From Azolla caroliniana (Eukaryota > Plantae > Polypodiophyta): a stretch of DNA of 64,000 nt. Of the stretch, positions 62,273 through 64,000 are shown piece by piece; the first letter of the stretch is position 1, and each line of letters opens with the position of its first letter. The stretch spans positions 1,364,001-1,428,000 of the forward strand of contig JBHGNT010000006.1 of the NCBI GenBank assembly GCA_043228905.1, given 5' to 3'. The notes under the pieces are model-generated. The model did no database searches. It was given only the letters and a program-made list of their open reading frames with translations, and had not been told where the DNA came from. The position numbers and the translations under genes are program-made.

Positions 62273-63842
62273 TCTATACTATTTCAAGCCAATTGGGTTA
62301 TCTACCCAGATCTGTTGTTTTCATACATTCGGTGGGGAGGAACTCCTTTTCATTATAGAGGAGAAGGCCTTTAAAGGATGTATCAGATGGCTTTGTTTGG
62401 GAGAGTCCATTTAACATACTTTTCTGTGTAGTTCTTATTGTGTAGATGATGGATGTGAAGGATGAGTGAATGAGGACATTAAGGTTGTTTGGTTCGGCTT
62501 TGCATGGGGAAGCCGTCCTTATAGGAAAAATCTTTTTTGTCTAAGTTTGTGGTAGAGATGGATGATGTTAATGGAGGTCGAAGCATTTCTAGGGAGTGAA
62601 AAGGAGGCTTGATTATGTCTTGATTTACTTTTTCAATTTCACGAGTGGTTTTCTCATTTTTCTGGTGAGGATGAGTGGAGACAAATTGTGAAAAGTCTAT
62701 ATCACTTTGGTAATAGGCCCTATGTGTTGTTATCATTGGTATAAATTTTCCGACTCTAGCCATTGGAAATCTTTGGCAAAGATTTGATCAGATTGCAAGG
62801 ATTTAAAAAGTTGGTTGACTTTTGTATGAATGTTGGAGAGATGTAAGCATGTTTTTGTGAACCTTGGAAGTAGAGGGTTGAGGCTCAATGTGCGTTGGGG
62901 AAGCTGGCTAATCAAAATGAGCATGCATCCAATGCCCTTATCATGGGTTATGTGAGACATGGAATGCCATATGATGCTATCAAACTACATTAAAATCTAA
63001 AGGAATGCTGAGAAATACATGATACAACACATATTTTGGTGACCCTTATCAAAGCTTGTTCTCAGGTGGATGCGATGAAAATAATTGGCATGGCATCGAT
63101 AAGAGGTTACATCAATATGCCAATGTATATGACTTAATGGAGGACAACAATGTTTTTCACCATATTAACAGAATATATACTTGCGGGACAAAAATATTCC
63201 AGATATGTTATTGCGAGTGTTGGAATCATAGTCTTGGGCACATTTGTAGTTGGTGCATGAGATCTATCTTTCAAATTGCAAGGTTACATTACATGGTGGT
63301 TCTGCTATCAAATTTGACAACTGCTATATATCTCTCAATCATCTCTCATTTTGGTAAAACAAGTGGGCTCAACAGTTTTTGTCTTACGCGGTTAAGTGTA
63401 TGATCTGTGGACCCATATTGGCGGTATGGGCAATTTTAAGTGGAGATTTAGAAAGAGCCATGAATTTTCCTCGACTGTCTGAAACATGGTTTCAATTGGT
63501 TGTTGGCTTCATGCATTTTGGCATTCTTCTTGAATTATACAATCTTTTTTAATACAACACTTAACTCTCCCTTGACTCAAATAATTTGTGGGAATTTGAA
63601 GGACTTGTTTATTGTGGTATTAGGGTGGGTATGGTTTGGGGGTTTATCTTTTGACTAGTTAAATGTTTTAGGTCAGCTTCTTGGTTTCTCTTGGATAGTA
63701 CTATATGCATTTTGCAAGCTTAAAGGAAAGAGATAATATATAAAGGTGCTAACTGATGACAAAAGTGAGGAATGGAAATTTTGGAAGAAAACAGAAAGAC
63801 ATAGCCGTGGATGTATGCTTATTCTAGAAGCAAAACACACAC

Positions 63843-63846
<4 letters not shown>

Positions 63847-63895
<49 letters not shown>
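63847..63895. repeat. (AG)n microsatellite
   Basis: Pure AG run. Confidence 0.95.
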
Positions 63896-63898
<3 letters not shown>

Positions 63899-64000
63899 AA
63901 GATGCATAACTAATCGTTTTCAAAAAATTGGTTTGTTTGTGGGCAAATTTCTCTCTGAAATAGTGATTTTGGCCTTAAAAGGGAAAGTTCATCAAAGTTC

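Noticed and set aside
62280-63450. Possible LINE or PPR pseudogene fragments
   Set aside because: Only weak hints (e.g. LVTLIKACS); no sustained reading frame

Overview
AT-rich, transposon-dense land-plant nuclear DNA (spliceosomal introns, a plastid psbB fragment; a seed-free plant is my guess). It holds two host genes: a 10-exon SEC12-like (STL2P-type) gene at 3782-13102 (+) and a 2-exon CYP78A P450 at 16690-18660 (-). The rest is mostly nested elements: Ty1/copia and Ty3/gypsy retrotransposons, solo LTRs, a LINE remnant and three copies of an hAT-type MITE. One nest has three levels: MITE, then chromovirus, then an intact young copia. The standout is a ~10.2 kb DNA transposon (43830-54010; ~36-bp TIRs, 4-bp TGTT TSD). 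It carries a Sola-like DDD transposase (+, split by a solo LTR) and, divergently, an apparently intact six-exon gene (~974 aa, -) fusing a ParB/Srx-like domain to a bacterial-type beta-class N6A/N4C DNA methyltransferase. Intron 1 of that gene holds 16 copies of a 25-bp palindrome at ~51-bp period. All calls come from reading motifs and splice junctions by eye; no database searches were run.
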